A stretch of DNA of 46,483 nt, from the NCBI RefSeq assembly GCF_004010195.1, contig NC_057749.1, positions 12,739,180 through 12,785,662 on the forward strand, in the 5' to 3' direction. The DNA comes from Chiloscyllium plagiosum. Lineage: Eukaryota. This document shows positions 11,410 to 24,135 of this stretch, piece by piece. The position numbers and the translations under genes are program-made. The notes beneath the pieces were generated by a model. The model did not search any database. It had not been told where the DNA came from and saw only the letters and a list, made by a program, of their open reading frames with translations. Every line of letters starts with the position of its first letter. Position 1 is the stretch's first letter.

Positions 11410-12282
11410 CAGCAGCAATTACAATGGCTTGCCAGCCTGGATCCTGAAGACACCATTAATCATTTGGCTGAGGCTTGGCTTTGTTTTGGGGTTTTGCTGT
11501 GGGCTGACCGAGTCCCTTTGTTCAAGATATGTTCTGAGTGAGGCTGTGCAATTTCCTTCACGCAGCTGGTGTTCCCCAAGCTCCATTGGACCTGCGAGGG
11601 TGTCCACTTCCATCGAAATACACTGCAACTCATATGGCCCACTTGCCGCATTTTCCCAATGATAAAACCAGTTGTAGTGCTTGCTTGAAGTCCAGTTGGT
11701 CTTCGGCTAGTGGGCACTTTTGCATGCTTACCTCATTAATCCCACATACCAAACAGTTTCTCAGCATCTCACTAAGGGTTAAACCAAAGTCACATGCCTC
11801 TGCCAGTCATCATAACCTAGTCAAAAGTCTGATATAGATTCCCCTGGTTCTCAAATTGCCGAGTAAAACTGATAGCATTTCAGAATTAGAAGAGGCTTCG
11901 GATCCTAATACTCCTGAACTAAATCCATCAACATTTGAAAAGTTTTAATATCTTGTGCCTCAGAGAAAGTTAGGCTCCTAATAACCAAAAAAGCTGTGAG
12001 GAGAATTACTTGTTGCTTTTCATCTACCCCAATGTTATTTGCCTCGAATAATATAACACATCCTTTCCACATACTGGGCCCAGTCTTCAACAGCTGGATT
12101 GAAAACATCAAGCTTCCCAAACAATGACATGATGCCAGAAGTGCTTACCCCAACTCAAAGGCAACTGTTACAAGCAAATTTCCAGCTCTGAGAGAGAGAA
12201 CAGGATGTCTGTCACTGTTGTTCCTGTCTATCAGCCAGGGCTCCCTAAGTGGACCAGATTAACAGCCCCAGTCAGGGAACTC

Positions 12283-12650
12283 ATAGAGTCATAGAGATGT
12301 ACTGCACAGAAACAGACCCTTCGGTCCAACTTGTCCATTCTGACCAGATATTCCAACCCAATCTATTCCCTCCTGCCAGCACCTGGCCCATATCCCTCCA
12401 AATCCTTCCTATTCAGATAAACATCCAGATGCCTTTTAAATGTTGTAATTGTACCAGCCTCCACCACTTCCTATGGCAGCTCAATCCATACACGTACCAC
12501 ACTCTGAATGAAAGAGTTGCCTCTTTTATATCTTTCCCCTCTCACCTTAAACCTATGCCCTCTAGTTCTGGACTCCCTCACCCCAGGGAAAAGACTTTGT
12601 CTATTTATCCTATCTATGCCCCTCATAATTTTATAAACCTCTATAAGGTC
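12283..12650 (-). mobile_element. CR1/HER1-type LINE 3' end inserted in the Gypsy 5' LTR
   Basis: Tail catagagtcatagag. Reverse complement of 39530-39910. Confidence 0.9.
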
Positions 12651-12691
12651 ATATTCTAGTTAACCTAGGTAACCTTGTTACAATCACGACA

Positions 12692-12840
12692 AGCTCCCTG
12701 ACAGCATTGTGAGTCTATCTATAGCAAATAAATGGCAGCAGCTCAAGAAGATAGCTCAGTACCAATTTCTCAGAGCTATCTAGGGATAGGCAATAAATGT
12801 TGGTCCAGCCAATGGTGCCCACATCCTATGAATGAATATT
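12692..12840 (+). mobile_element. 3' end of CR1/L2-group LINE, right part
   Basis: cctgacagcattgtg...gggataggcaataaatg...gaatgaat, continuing 4870-5078. Confidence 0.8.
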
Positions 12841-13374
12841 TTAAAAACTGTTCTTTCAATGGAATAAGTGAATGAATTATTGAATCACTTGTTACAATGT
12901 TTGTGAGAAAAGGACTGGATGGGGATGAAGATGCAGACAATCTTCTTGCTACTGTTGTATTCATGTTATTGTTCAACTCTTGTTCCATGATACAATTGAA
13001 AAAGAACAGAATCAGAAAGTGACTAAAGTAACTGTAGAAAGGGGAAACAGATTTAACTAACAAGTACAAAGAAAATTGACAGATTCAATTCATTAGCCAC
13101 TATGTGGAGAGCAGTCTAAAGATATAAGGACAGAAACATTATCAAAAAATACTCACTTATTGTGATTTCTGTATTGCCTCAGTTCAGCGAAAATAAGTCT
13201 GTTCTTTTTCATACACCCAGTCCTAATGAAAGTTTAATTAATATGAAATATTAACTTTGTTACTTTTTCAACAGATTTTGTCAGATCAGTTAACTATTCT
13301 GAGAATTTTCTGTGTTCATTTCAGTATCAACAGTGTTTCCTTTCTTTTTCCTGCTTAATGTTGGTGCGACTGTC

Positions 13375-14952
13375 TGATAGTTTGCTAGGTTTCTTTTGTG
13401 AATTCGTCATATTTCAGTATTGTTTCTAATGCTGCTAAGAAATCTTTCTTGTCCACATCCTGGAAGTTGTAATTTAATCCTCTTACTAAGATGGCCTTTT
13501 CAGTGTCTGTTAAGGGTCAGTCAGATAAGTTTTTTTTATTCCATGCTTCGAGGTTGTCTGTGCTATTATTTTCTGTGAGTTTGTCAAGTTTTTTCTACAG
13601 GTCAAGTTTTTTCATTTTCTGTATTTGTCGCTGCCTAATATCTATGGCTCGTTCTACTGTGTCCATCCATCCATGGTCTGTCACATTAGTGAGTAACGGT
13701 TTTTGGCACAAATTTCCCGGTTTTCTTTATGGATTCTGCTGTGGGCATCGTTAATCATTACTCTAAGCATTCTGTGGCTGCATTGCTCTGCTATTCTTTT
13801 GGCTAGTGGGGTGTTAGGGGAAGGTTTGTATTTAAGTCACTAAATCACCCACTTCACTTTCAATACAAAACCTACAGACAAATCAACGGAACAATCACGG
13901 GATCTCCGATATCAGGGTTCTTAGCAGAGGCAGTAATGCAGAGACTTGAACAAACAGCTCTGCCAACCATCCAACCGTAACTTTGGATCCGCTACGTGGA
14001 TGACACGTTTGCCATCACTAAATGAAACAAATTAGAGGAAACCTTCAAGACCATCAATAATATCCTTCTGGCATAAAATTCATAAAAGAGGAGGAAAACA
14101 ACAACAAACTGCCATTCCTAGATGTCACAGTAGAGCGAAGAGCCAATGGGGAACTTCAAACCAGCATCTACAGGAAAACAACACATACGGACCAAATACC
14201 CAGCTACGGAAGGAATGGTCCCAACACCCACAAACGAAGCTGAATTAGAACATTATTTCAATGAGCCACCACACACTGCAGCACAGAGGAATTATGCAGA
14301 GCAGAGGAAAATCACCTATACAGCGTATTCAAAAGAAATGGGTACCCCAATGAACACAGTCCACTGATTTCTCAGCAACAAACCTAAACAAGCAGACAAA
14401 ACACGTTCAGAAACCCTAGCCACTCTCCCCTATATCAGAAACATCTCAGAAATGACTGTCAGACGACTCAGACCTCTTGGCATCATGGTAGACCACAAAC
14501 CCACCAACACACTAAAAGAGCAGCGAATGAACTTAAGGGATCTTATAAAGACAACAAACAAAATAAATATCATTGACAAAATACTTTGCAAGAACTGTAA
14601 CAAACACTACATTGGACAAACAGGCAGAAAACTTGGCAGCTGGGACAAGACATCCATCCACCCAAGGACAAGCCAAACAGATACACACATGAGAATTCCT
14701 AGAAGCATGGCATTCCAACCAGAACTCTATCAATAAACACATTGACTTGGATTCCATTTCCCACCTTCTGAGAAAAAGAACAGGAAATGACATCACCACA
14801 TGAAATGACATTCCAAGGAAATCTAAACATATAAATAGAAAACAGGTCGTAACACCAGTATTTCACCAGAGGCTCACTGATGACATTACCTTGTATGATG
14901 ACGAAATGTCTGAAAATGAACCTTCTAGCTCAGCGAGCAAACTTACATCCTG
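13375..14952 (+). mobile_element. Penelope-like element (RT + GIY-YIG), 5' part apparently inverted
   Basis: GSPISGFLAEAVMQRLEQ..WIRYVDDTF (about 13900-14010), LPFLDVTV, and CKNCNKHYIGQTGRKL. Hammerhead-like core at the 3' end. Confidence 0.9.
14870..14915 (+). ncRNA. Degenerate type I hammerhead ribozyme motif in PLE terminal repeat
   Basis: CTGATGA (14877-14883), imperfect stem II, GAAA (14903-14906), TGTC. Confidence 0.55.
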
Positions 14953-14969
14953 AATTTTTAACATATCAA

Positions 14970-17005
14970 ATGATCAGTGGAGCTAATGGTGATGGCTTCA
15001 CAAAGGGGAAATCATGCCTGACAAATTTATTCAAATTCTTTGAGGAGATAACAAGATGACAAAGAAGAAACAGTCAATGTATATATTTTGATTCCAAACG
15101 GTGTTCAATAATGTACAGCACATAACACTACTTAATAATATAGGGCCCAGGGTGTTGAGGGTAATATATTGGCACAGATAAGGGAACAAATAACTAATAG
15201 AAGGTGAAGAGTTAGGATTATAGGGACATTTTCATATGGACAGCCACGGGCATCAGTGCTAGGATGACTTGGGTAATGAATATAAATTTACTATCACCAG
15301 GTGTGCAGGTGACACAAAAATAAATAGGGATTCAAGTAGTGATGATGATTCAAAGAGTCTGCAGAGGGATGTAGGCAGGTTAAATGAGTGGGCAAAATCT
15401 TGGCAGTTGGAAAATAGTCTGGGTATATGTACGGTTATGCACTTTGACAGGAAGCATAGAAGAGCTGAGTGGGAAAGACTGCAGACAGGTACAGCATAGA
15501 ACAATACAGCGCAGTACAGGCCCTTCAGTCCTCAATGTTGCGCCGACCTGTGAAAGCGATCTGAAGCCCATCTAAACTGTACTATTCCATTATCATCCAT
15601 ATATTTATCCAATGACCATTTAAATGCCTTTAAAGTTGGTGAGTCTTCTATTGTTGCAGGCAGGGAGTTCCATGCCCTTCCTACACTTTGAGTAAAGAAC
15701 CTACCTCTGACATCTGTCCTATATCCACCACAACTCAGTTTAAAGCTATGTACCCTCATGCTAACTATCACCATCTAAGGAAAAAGGCTCTCTCTGTCCA
15801 CCCCATCTAATTCTCTGATCATCTTGTATTCCTCTGTTAAGTCACTTCTTAACCTTCTCTCTAATGAAAACAGCCTTAAGTTCCTCAGCCTTTCCTTATA
15901 AGACCTTCCCTCCATACCAGGCACCAGGCAACATCCTGGTAAATCTCCTCTGCACCCTCTCCAATGCTTCCATGTTTTTCCTATAATGCAGTGACTAGAA
16001 CTGTACGCAATACTCCAATTGCGGTGGCACCAGAGTTTTGTACAGCTGCAAAATGACCTCAGAGGTCTGAAACTCAATGCTTGTACCAATAAAAACTGTG
16101 CGCCTTCTTAACAACCCTATCAACCTGGATGGCACCTTTCAGGGATCAATGCACATTGACACAGATCACTCTGCTCATCCGCACTACTAAGAATCTTACC
16201 ATTAGCCCAGTGTTCTGTATTCCTGTTACTCCTTCGAAAGTGAATCACCTCACATTTTTCTGCATTAAATGCATTTGCCACCTCTCAGCCCAGCTCTGCA
16301 GCTTATCTATGCAGAGATAAGTAGAATGATTTGGGAGTCTACATACATAGTCAGAAAAAGCTAGCATTCAAGTTCAACGGGTTATAGGAAAGGCAAACGA
16401 GCTTTTATATGAAAGAGAATGGAGTCTAAAAAGAGAGAGATCCAGCTAGAACTATACAAGGTGTTAAGTCAGATTGCACCTGGAATATTGTGGATGGTTT
16501 TGGTCCCCTTATCAAAGGAGAGATATTTAGGTATAGGTGGCAGTCCAGTGAAGGTTTATTAGGCTGATTCCAGGTATATGTGGAATGTCTGACAAGGAGG
16601 GGTTGAGTAGGTTGTACTTGTATTCATTGGAGTTTAGAAAAATGAGAGGATATCTTACAGACATGGTGAAGATATTTAGGATACTTCAGAGAGTTGTTTC
16701 CCCTTGGGAGAGAATCTAGGATAAGAGGGTAATATCTCAGATTGCCCATTTAAGACCGATGCAGAAGAATCTCTTTCCTCAGAGGGTCATGAATCTGTGA
16801 AATTCTTCACCATAGATGGCTGCCAAGGTCTCCATCATTGAGTCTATTTAAGGAAGAATTATGAATTTTTAATCAGTAAGGGTATCAAGGATTATGAGGT
16901 AAAGGCAGAAAGGTGGAGTTTAGGATTATTTTATCAGCCATGCTTTTATTGAAGACAGAGCAGACTAATGGGTGGCATGACCTATTTCTGGTCCTACTTG
17001 TATGG
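14970..17005 (+). mobile_element. CR1 LINE, degenerate, interrupted by an opposite-strand CR1
   Basis: GFTKGKSCLTNL, RCAGDTKI..LQRDVGRLNEWAKSWQ, and CR1-type 3' UTR. Confidence 0.88.
15495..16310 (-). mobile_element. CR1 LINE 3' portion
   Basis: YKERLRNLRLFSLERRLRSDL and GRFFTQ..RAWNSLP. Tail catagaacaatacag. Confidence 0.9.
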
Positions 17006-17069
17006 CCCTAGGTGCAGAAATTGAATACAGTTGTCAGGGTGAACAAGTGCTCAGACTTGAAGGATGTGA

Positions 17070-18630
17070 AGCTCCTCGAGTGTTATGGCTACATCCATCC
17101 GGGCGAATATTACTTTCAGTTAAATAAGAACTATATGACACACATACATAAAGATTCATGTAATCCTGAAATCATTAAGCAGTGAAGACACTAACTTGTC
17201 CCGGCACACTTCGGCTGCTGAGTAGGGAACCAGCATGGTTCCAGCAGCTAACAAAATCCAGTGAGCCTGCTACCACGTGTATTTGTGTGGACTGAATCTA
17301 ATAGTCACTAACACCTTTCAGTGATAAAACCTTATAATGTTTGACAAGGTGGGTGAGGCGGTGCCCGTGGAACCGTGTCCCAGAAATAAGGCAGCAATTT
17401 TAGGAAAGGAATGTTAAAACTTGGAGGGAAAATTTGGAAAATAGTCCTTCGGTTCAGTTTAGTCAGATCTGCATCTTATTTCTTGCTTTAGTCATTCTAC
17501 ACCATTTGGCAATTACGCGGACCTTGATGCAAAGTGGAAAATGTGAATTTTGGGGGTAATCACATCAAAAGCGGGATTTCCACCAAAACAAATACTCTGG
17601 GTAACCAAGGCAGTAACTCCACCCGAGGCTGTGGCTCGAGAGTTCGTTATCTTCACATATTTTAAACATGGAATTAAACCACGCAGAGAACGGTTGGATT
17701 GACTCATCTCCTGATGAATGAAGCTGTGTTGAGCCCCCGTAGATGTAACGCTTTTTTGAAATATCCTGGGACTGTAATGTGAGAGAGCCTCTGTGTGAGA
17801 GGTTGGTCTCTGGAACAGCGGGTTAGTCACTCCCACTATATACATAGACTGCTGTTGGAAAAAATACTTTTCGAACTGAGTTGGAAAGTGCATAAGAGAG
17901 ACAGATGGCTCCGAAGAGGGATTTCGTTGTGCTGGTTACATCTCCAATACTCCATCTCTTAACTGTTCTACTTTCAGACATTGCATTAACCACTGGAGGT
18001 GGGTGTTGAAATTCACAATTTTTTTGCAGTTTTGCAGCTGTTTGAGACGCTGGGATTTTTTAGAACGATTTTTTGAGATGGAATCGGTCATGTAGCAGTA
18101 GTGAAGTCTGAAGTTCGGTTGCTGACACTTAGGTACAATGTATTTTTCTCCTTTCGGGCCCTGTGTCTGATTTTACTTGTTAAAATGGCTCGCGTTCCCC
18201 ATAAGACCAAGTCTGTCTCTGATATCTGCTACTAATTCAGAATAACGGCTGTCATCTGTCACTCGCCAGCAGCGTTCGTTGACTATTTTAGAGGGATAGT
18301 GCTATTTGGAAACGTCACTTCTTCTATAAGTAGTAGTTCCTTCTGGTGCAAACCCGCGCTATAAGAGAATCGTGCAACAGCAGCACAATTTAAACTAATC
18401 GGACTAGCACCGCGTTATAACCAACACAACGTTTTAACAGTTTGCGTTATAGCAATACACATCACATTATTATATCGTGTTATAATGGATTTGCATTCTG
18501 AAACGTACGTTATAGCAGAACCACCTGTAATTTATTAAAGTTAAGTAGATTTGCGGGTCCTTTTAATATACTGTTAATAAAGTTAATTTAGTTCAACTAC
18601 ATAAAAATCTTGAGAAAGACGGTCATCTGG
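17070..18630. promoter_or_regulatory. CpG-retaining island, candidate promoter or enhancer
   Basis: Dozens of CpGs in mostly unique, moderately AT-rich sequence versus strong CpG depletion in other non-repeat parts. YY1-like AAAATGGC at 18182. Confidence 0.5.
18311..18529. mobile_element. Tc1/mariner (Tigger-like) MITE
   Basis: Right end cgttatagcagaaccacctg-TA, degenerate left end ttcttctataa, and an internal repeated cg(t/c)tata motif. Confidence 0.6.
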
Positions 18631-19029
18631 AGTTAATTCATACTATGCTTCCAGAATCTGATGTACTTTGGAGTTGCAATTATATATATGATACTACTTG
18701 TGTTTAGTACAGTTCAGTTTATAGCTATATAACAAATAAAGCCCAGACATTTGAAGTATAGAAAGAGACCATTACATCCACAGAATTCGGTATCGTTGTT
18801 ACAGAGATTGCTGGTACAAATCTATTGGATATATTACAACACAGGATTTACAATCAGTTAAAAAACTTTAACTTCAATAAGCCAGATACCCAGTAAGAAA
18901 GGCTAGATTCTCTGACATAATGTGATTTGAGTGGACAAGGAGGATTGTGCATTTTGAATTCACTTGCTCTGGATAATTGGGATTTGAACATTGTCACTGA
19001 GTGTAGACTTAGATTACTGTAGGCTACAC

Positions 19030-19720
19030 AATGGCATAGTAATTATGTTACTGAATTAGTAATCCATGGGTAAAATCAGAAAATGCTGATCAGGTCAGGT
19101 AGCATCTGTGGAGGGAGAAACAGTAAACATTTCAGATTGATTAGAGCTGAAAAATGTGTTGCTGGAAAAGCGCAGCAGGTCAGGCAGCATCCAAGGAGCA
19201 GGAGAATTGACGTTTCGGGCATGATCCCTTCTTCAGGAAGGACTTCTGTTTCCTGAAGAAGGGATCATGCCCGAAACGTTGATTCTCCTGCTCCTTGGAT
19301 GCTGCCTGACCTGCTGCGCTTTTCCAGCAACACATTTTTCAGCTCTGACCTCCAGCATCTGCAGTCCTTACTTTCTCCCATTTCAGATTGATTACCCTTT
19401 CTAGTCCAAATGCCTGGATTAGAGATCCCAAGACATTCAAATTTCACCACAGCTGCTGAGGAATTTGTATAAATCGGTTTGAAAAGTTAGTACCCCTAAT
19501 GATGACTATGTAACTACCGGATTGTCTTAATAACCTTTCTGATTGACACATGACCTTTAATTAAGGAAGTTTACTGTCTTTACCTAATCTGGCCTATAGC
19601 CTTAACTCTTAGCTGCTCTCTGAAATGGTGCATCAAGCCATAGGGCTGTGAAGAGCGAACTCTCCAATTGTACTAGGAACAATTGGGAAAAGTAACTACT
19701 AACCCCCTGCCTCCCTGCTC
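19030..19720 (+). mobile_element. tRNA-derived SINE (family of 44255-44585), decayed, with nested PLE-derived elements
   Basis: cttacctaatctggccta...actcttagctgctctctg matches 44461-44530. Confidence 0.6.
19144..19378. mobile_element. Palindromic Penelope-derived element with hammerhead cores
   Basis: 16-bp TSD catttcagattgatta (19128-19143, 19379-19394). Near-perfect inverted arms. Confidence 0.88.
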
Positions 19721-19748
19721 TATGGATGGATAAAAACAAACATATTTG

Positions 19749-20062
19749 GATGGCACAGTAGCTGAGTAGTTAGCACTGCTGCCTCACAGTGTCAGGGACC
19801 CAGGTTCGAGTCCAGCCTCAGGCTACTATCTGTGTGGAGTTTGCACATTCTCCCCATGTCTGCGTGGGTTTTCTTTGGGTGTTCCGGTTTCCTCCCACGT
19901 GATAAATTGCCTCATGTTGTTCAGGAATGTGAAGGTCAGGGGTATTAATCAGGGGTAAATGTAGAATAATAGGGCAGGAGAATGGGTTTTGGTGAGATAC
20001 TCTTCAGAGGGTCAGTGTGGACCTATTGGGCTGAATGGCCTGTTTCCACACTGTAGGGATTC
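19749..20062 (+). mobile_element. HE1-type SINE
   Basis: A box tggcacagtagc, B box ggttcgagtcc, core gtggagtttgcacattctcccc, and CR1-like tail cctgtttccacactgtagggattct. Confidence 0.9.
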
Positions 20063-21444
20063 TCTGGATTATTGAGGAAATTTATTCCACTACAGTGGTA
20101 TAATTGATCACTGTTACAAACAATAACAAGTGGGAACTTTATGCCACTCAAAGAATCAACTAACCACAAACTAACATGAAGAAATCAGTTCATTAAGAAT
20201 TACAGATAGTAAGGATTAGTCTAGGCGTGGTAGCTTAGCTATCCATTGAAATTGCTCTTGTGCTGGGTGTGCAAGATCTGCAGGTGGTGACTCATGAGTG
20301 CTGCTGGTGTGAAGGCGATTCATTGATCCAACATGTGTTTCAGAATCAGAGATCCATTAAGAATGTGACGTGAATATATTAAATTACTAAAAAAAAGCAC
20401 TGTTTTAATTTTACAAGTTGCAGTTTTCTAATATTTTCTTAATTTATTCTCTGGATGCCAGTTCACTTCAGATCCTATCCCGAGGTTGGATTTGAAACTT
20501 ACATCCTAGATGTATTATCTAAAGCCGCATATTGTTGAGACTCGGCAAAGTTGCTCATTATTTTTGAATTTGAATACTCCTGCTAACTGCCTTGCCATAA
20601 ATGGAGCTGATTCTGTGAGCGATGCAAAAATCCAAATCACTCAGAATTGTTGCTATTAACTGACATCAGAAATAATGTTTAATATAACTGAAGTAATTAC
20701 ATGTAAATAGATGTACAATAACACGCCTAGATGTTAAGCAGTGGAGCCACTAGGCAGTCTTCAAACTCTTCACTTCATTCTTTATGGCTTTGAAACCATA
20801 TAAAGTAGAAAGTCAACCCAGATGTTGGCTCCAGCTTTAGCAATAATAACTTTAATGGAGGCAAACATTTAGAGAAATTGGCTGTTAACCAAGAGAAACA
20901 CTAGTCTATTTACCATTCTAACTGAAAGTTACAAAATCTCTAAAAATACCCTGTAAACTGTTATTATGGACACAGTCTTTTTTGTGCTTTCTTAAAAAAA
21001 AGAGACCAGGGATGTGTAGACTGGGTACACACCCAAAGGGTAATCTGTAACGGTAGAGAACAGTACGTTCAAGTGGAATATATCTGCAGTATAAGAATAA
21101 TCAACAGAGACACCTGGGGAATCATAGCTAAACATTAGATAATATAGCACCTGATTATGAGGCAATCAAAGCAAGGACTAAAGGGTCCAGTGTGACATCC
21201 TCATACACATTGTAAGAGCTACATGTATTTGTTTGGAAATACCAACTAGAAAGTAAAGTTTTAATTACTAGTTTTTGCAACGCAAAGGTAAAATGGAACT
21301 GTGTGGTTAGTTATTGGTTAGGCAAGAGCATGTAACTGTTTGGAGAAGCTAGATTTGACACTTTAGTGAGTCAGATTGGCACTGGGTGTCTTCGTGCTGG
21401 AAGAAAAAAAATGCTCAGCAACAGTTTTTGGATTTTTTTTAAAA

Positions 21445-21725
21445 AGATTAGATTCCCTACAGTGTGGAAATAGGCTCTTCAGCCCAAACTGATCCACCAA
21501 AGAGTAACCCACCCAGACCCATTTCCCTCTGACTAATGCACCTAACACTATTGGCAATTTAGCATGGCCAATTCACCTGGCCTTTGCATCTTTGGACTAT
21601 GGGAGGAAACCCATGCAGACACAGGAAGAATGTGCAAACTCCACACAGATAGTTCCCCAAGGCTGGAATCGAACCTGGGACCCTGGTGCAGTGAGGCAGT
21701 AGTATTAACCACTGAGTCACCATGC
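21445..21725 (-). mobile_element. HE1-type SINE
   Basis: Reverse complement of the 19749 copy. Confidence 0.9.
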
Positions 21726-22419
21726 TGTTTTAATTCATAGCTTGTCACAAATCAGAGAAGATAGATAGTAATTTGGCAATCAGACCTCCAAAAGTTTGCA
21801 ACAAGCCAGCTCGTTCTCTCTTTCCTCCTCTATGAGTGAAAAGAAATAATACTCAAAGAATCTGCACAGAAAGATAACTTCAAACTCCATCAAAGACCTA
21901 GGTTCAACTGACCAGCTGCAGAATTGAGGATCACTGTGCTCAGCAACAACAATAAGATCTGAGAGAAATTCACTAAATTCTCTATTGTGGTTTTGGCTCT
22001 TGGTCCGCAAACTTTATTCCTCTTTGCCTATTTTTCTACCCAGAATATTCCAGAAAATTTGTCACATCAGTCATGTCTTACCTGTCCTATTTATGAATGA
22101 ATCTGAGAGTGTTTGGATTTAGATGAAGTATAGTTTAATTTTCATATTAGTCATTAATAATCCATTTTGTCACATATTAGAGGTTAAAACCTGATGTGAG
22201 ACTTTATGTTCAATGGTAGTCACAACAAGCAATACATATCTTACTGATTAAATTAGTCATTTAATACTGACTCATGGACTAGAGAGGCTTGATTTCCAGT
22301 GCACTCTTGTGACATACTCTGTGCCAACAGATGCAACATGCTAAGTTGTTTAGGCTGCCTATAGTTGCCAACGGGTGTCCACCTGAAACAGCTATTAAGC
22401 TCAGTAACTATTTGGGGTC

Positions 22420-22830
22420 CTTTTGAAAAATGTATTATTTGCTGGCATGTGGGAGTCACTGTCAAGATCACCATTCCAAATTTCTTTTCAACTTACTATA
22501 CCATTTCTTTTAGTAACTTAATACCTTCACATCGCACTATTAATGGATCTCTGATTTTAGACCATTTCAGTGGGCAGTTAAGAGTCAACCACATTGTTGT
22601 TACGTGGAGGCCAGACTTTGTAAGGACAGTATATTTTGTCGCCTAAAGACCATCAGTGAACCAGATGGGTTTTTATGACTATCAGTGGTAACATTATGGT
22701 CATCATTACTGACTCCACTGTTATAATTTTAGGTTTACTAATTCAATTAAAATTTTATCTGCCACGAAAGGATTTAATCCTGTGTCCTTAGAACATTAAT
22801 TGAATTAGCATTTCATCACCATCTTCCACT
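22420..22830 (-). mobile_element. tRNA-derived SINE (family of 44255-44585)
   Basis: gggcagttaagagtcaaccacattg...cagtgaaccagatgggttttt. Confidence 0.75.
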
Positions 22831-23179
22831 ATGCCCCTTCCTGGCCGCTTTCTGAAGTTGTTTCACATGTGATTGCAGAGTGGACTTTTATGCTTTGCTC
22901 TATTTTGTTAGTTCCACAGCAATCAAGCCAATGATTGTTAAAATTGTTTACTGAGCACTGTGTGGAACAAGGAGTCCCTGCAATGTTTCCTCTGGCTACA
23001 GGTTAAGACATCAAATGGTTGCTGGGCTTTGCTCACTCTATATTGCCACCACTTCCAACTCCCGTCTCCTACGTCCACACTTACAGTAGTGCTAGTATCC
23101 CTATCCGCTGTCTTTCATTTTCTTCATTATCACACTGGGGAATTCAATTGAGTCATCAGAGAGCTCAGAAAATTTTTAG

Positions 23180-23348
23180 CAAGACCACAAGATATAGGAG
23201 CAGAAATTAGGTTATTATCCCATCGAATCTGCTCTGCCATTCAATCATGGATGATAGGTTTCCCAATCTCATTCTCCCGCTTTCACCCTGTAACTCTTGA
23301 TCCCCTTGACAATCAAGAACCTATCTATTTCTGTCTTAAATATACTCA
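23180..23348 (-). mobile_element. CR1 LINE 3' UTR fragment
   Basis: accacaagatataggagcagaa...tcaagaacctatctatttctgtcttaaa, similar to 33870-33950. Confidence 0.8.
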
Positions 23349-23350
23349 CT

Positions 23351-23875
23351 ATTTCCAATGGGATGAAGCTTATGCCAATTCTGATATTCAAAAGGAAAAC
23401 CATTACAAATAAGCAATCCCCAAACAAAGTAGTCATTTATGTTCACAATAAAGGATGGATTAATGAAGTGGTCTTGTAAGAATGGCTCAGCAAAGTCTGG
23501 AGCTTCTGACCAGCAGAACTATGGAAAGAAGAAAATTCTTCTCATCTGGTACATGTTCAGATCACAACATATTGGTGATGCTGTTGCTGAAGTTAGATTG
23601 TGAAACAATAACATTGCAATACTTCTAACCACAGTTAGCAGTCCTGTGCTAGGATATTGTGGAGGCCTGCGATGAAATCAAAATGGAGAGTGTTGTCAAA
23701 TCATTGGATATCTTGAATTTCATCAATGCACTTGATTACACAAAACTTATTGTGAAATTATATAGTCAATGGCTATTGCTAATGAAGATGATGTTAAACC
23801 ATTCAAGAGGCTGATTGGGATAAGTTAATTGGTTCTAAAGACAAAGAGGAGGAGGAGGATTTTTTAAAAGGTTGT
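23351..23875 (+). mobile_element. pogo/Tigger DDE_1 transposase fossil
   Basis: NGMKLMPILIFKRKT..VVIYVHNKGWINE..*EWLSKVW..ILLIWYMFRS and IVEACDEIKMESVVKSL..INALD, matching the POGK/pogo DDE_1 pattern. Contains stops and frameshifts. Confidence 0.85.
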
Positions 23876-24006
23876 ACCTCAATAATTTGGTAGTTTGGGA
23901 CCAGGCCTTTGTTGGACAAGAGAATTTACTGGACCACAGGAAGGCATATGCCTAAAACCAGACACCTGGCCTGCACCGACCCCTCACACTCAGAACAAAA
24001 CCCAGC

Positions 24007-24135
24007 ATGTGGCCTGCTGTCTTTGCTGCCTTCGCTGCTAACTTTGCAAAGGCACGTGAGGTGTTGGTATTGAAGAAAGACAACTTTGAGGAGGTGCTTC
24101 AGAATACCAACACCACCTAGTAGAGCTCTGTAAGT
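24007..24135 (+). pseudogene. P4HB: Orphan frameshifted exon 1 of a protein disulfide-isomerase (P4HB-like)
   Basis: MWPAVFAAFAANFAKAREVLVLKKDNFEEVLQ then, after a 1-nt shift, YQHHLVEL + T|gtaagt. Aligns to P4HB [24 protein letters not shown] with a phase-1 donor at the expected place. Confidence 0.72.

Larger units (their letters stand above)
5079..12691 (-). mobile_element. Gypsy LTR retrotransposon, near full length, decayed, with many nested insertions
   Basis: TG...CA ends with degenerate 5-bp TSD (ccctc/agctc) splitting a LINE tail. Gag-like 11905-12120, protease (IEVDASA) 10993-11184, RT start (EWAAPVV) about 10620-10670, integrase (IVVDAHSRWLDV) about 9130-9170. LTRs at 5079-8090 and about 12180-12691. 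Confidence 0.88.

Noticed and set aside
17513..17893. 126-aa ORF in the CpG island
   Set aside because: No recognisable domain, and an overlapping frame is also open for a long stretch. Compatible with chance.
19749..19830. tRNA gene-like A/B boxes
   Set aside because: They are SINE heads continuing into SINE body, not a cloverleaf tRNA.
21913..21958. Signal-peptide-like minus-strand mini-exon (ILLLLLSTVILNSAA)
   Set aside because: No nearby in-frame ATG, weak donor (gtcagt) and no partner exon found.
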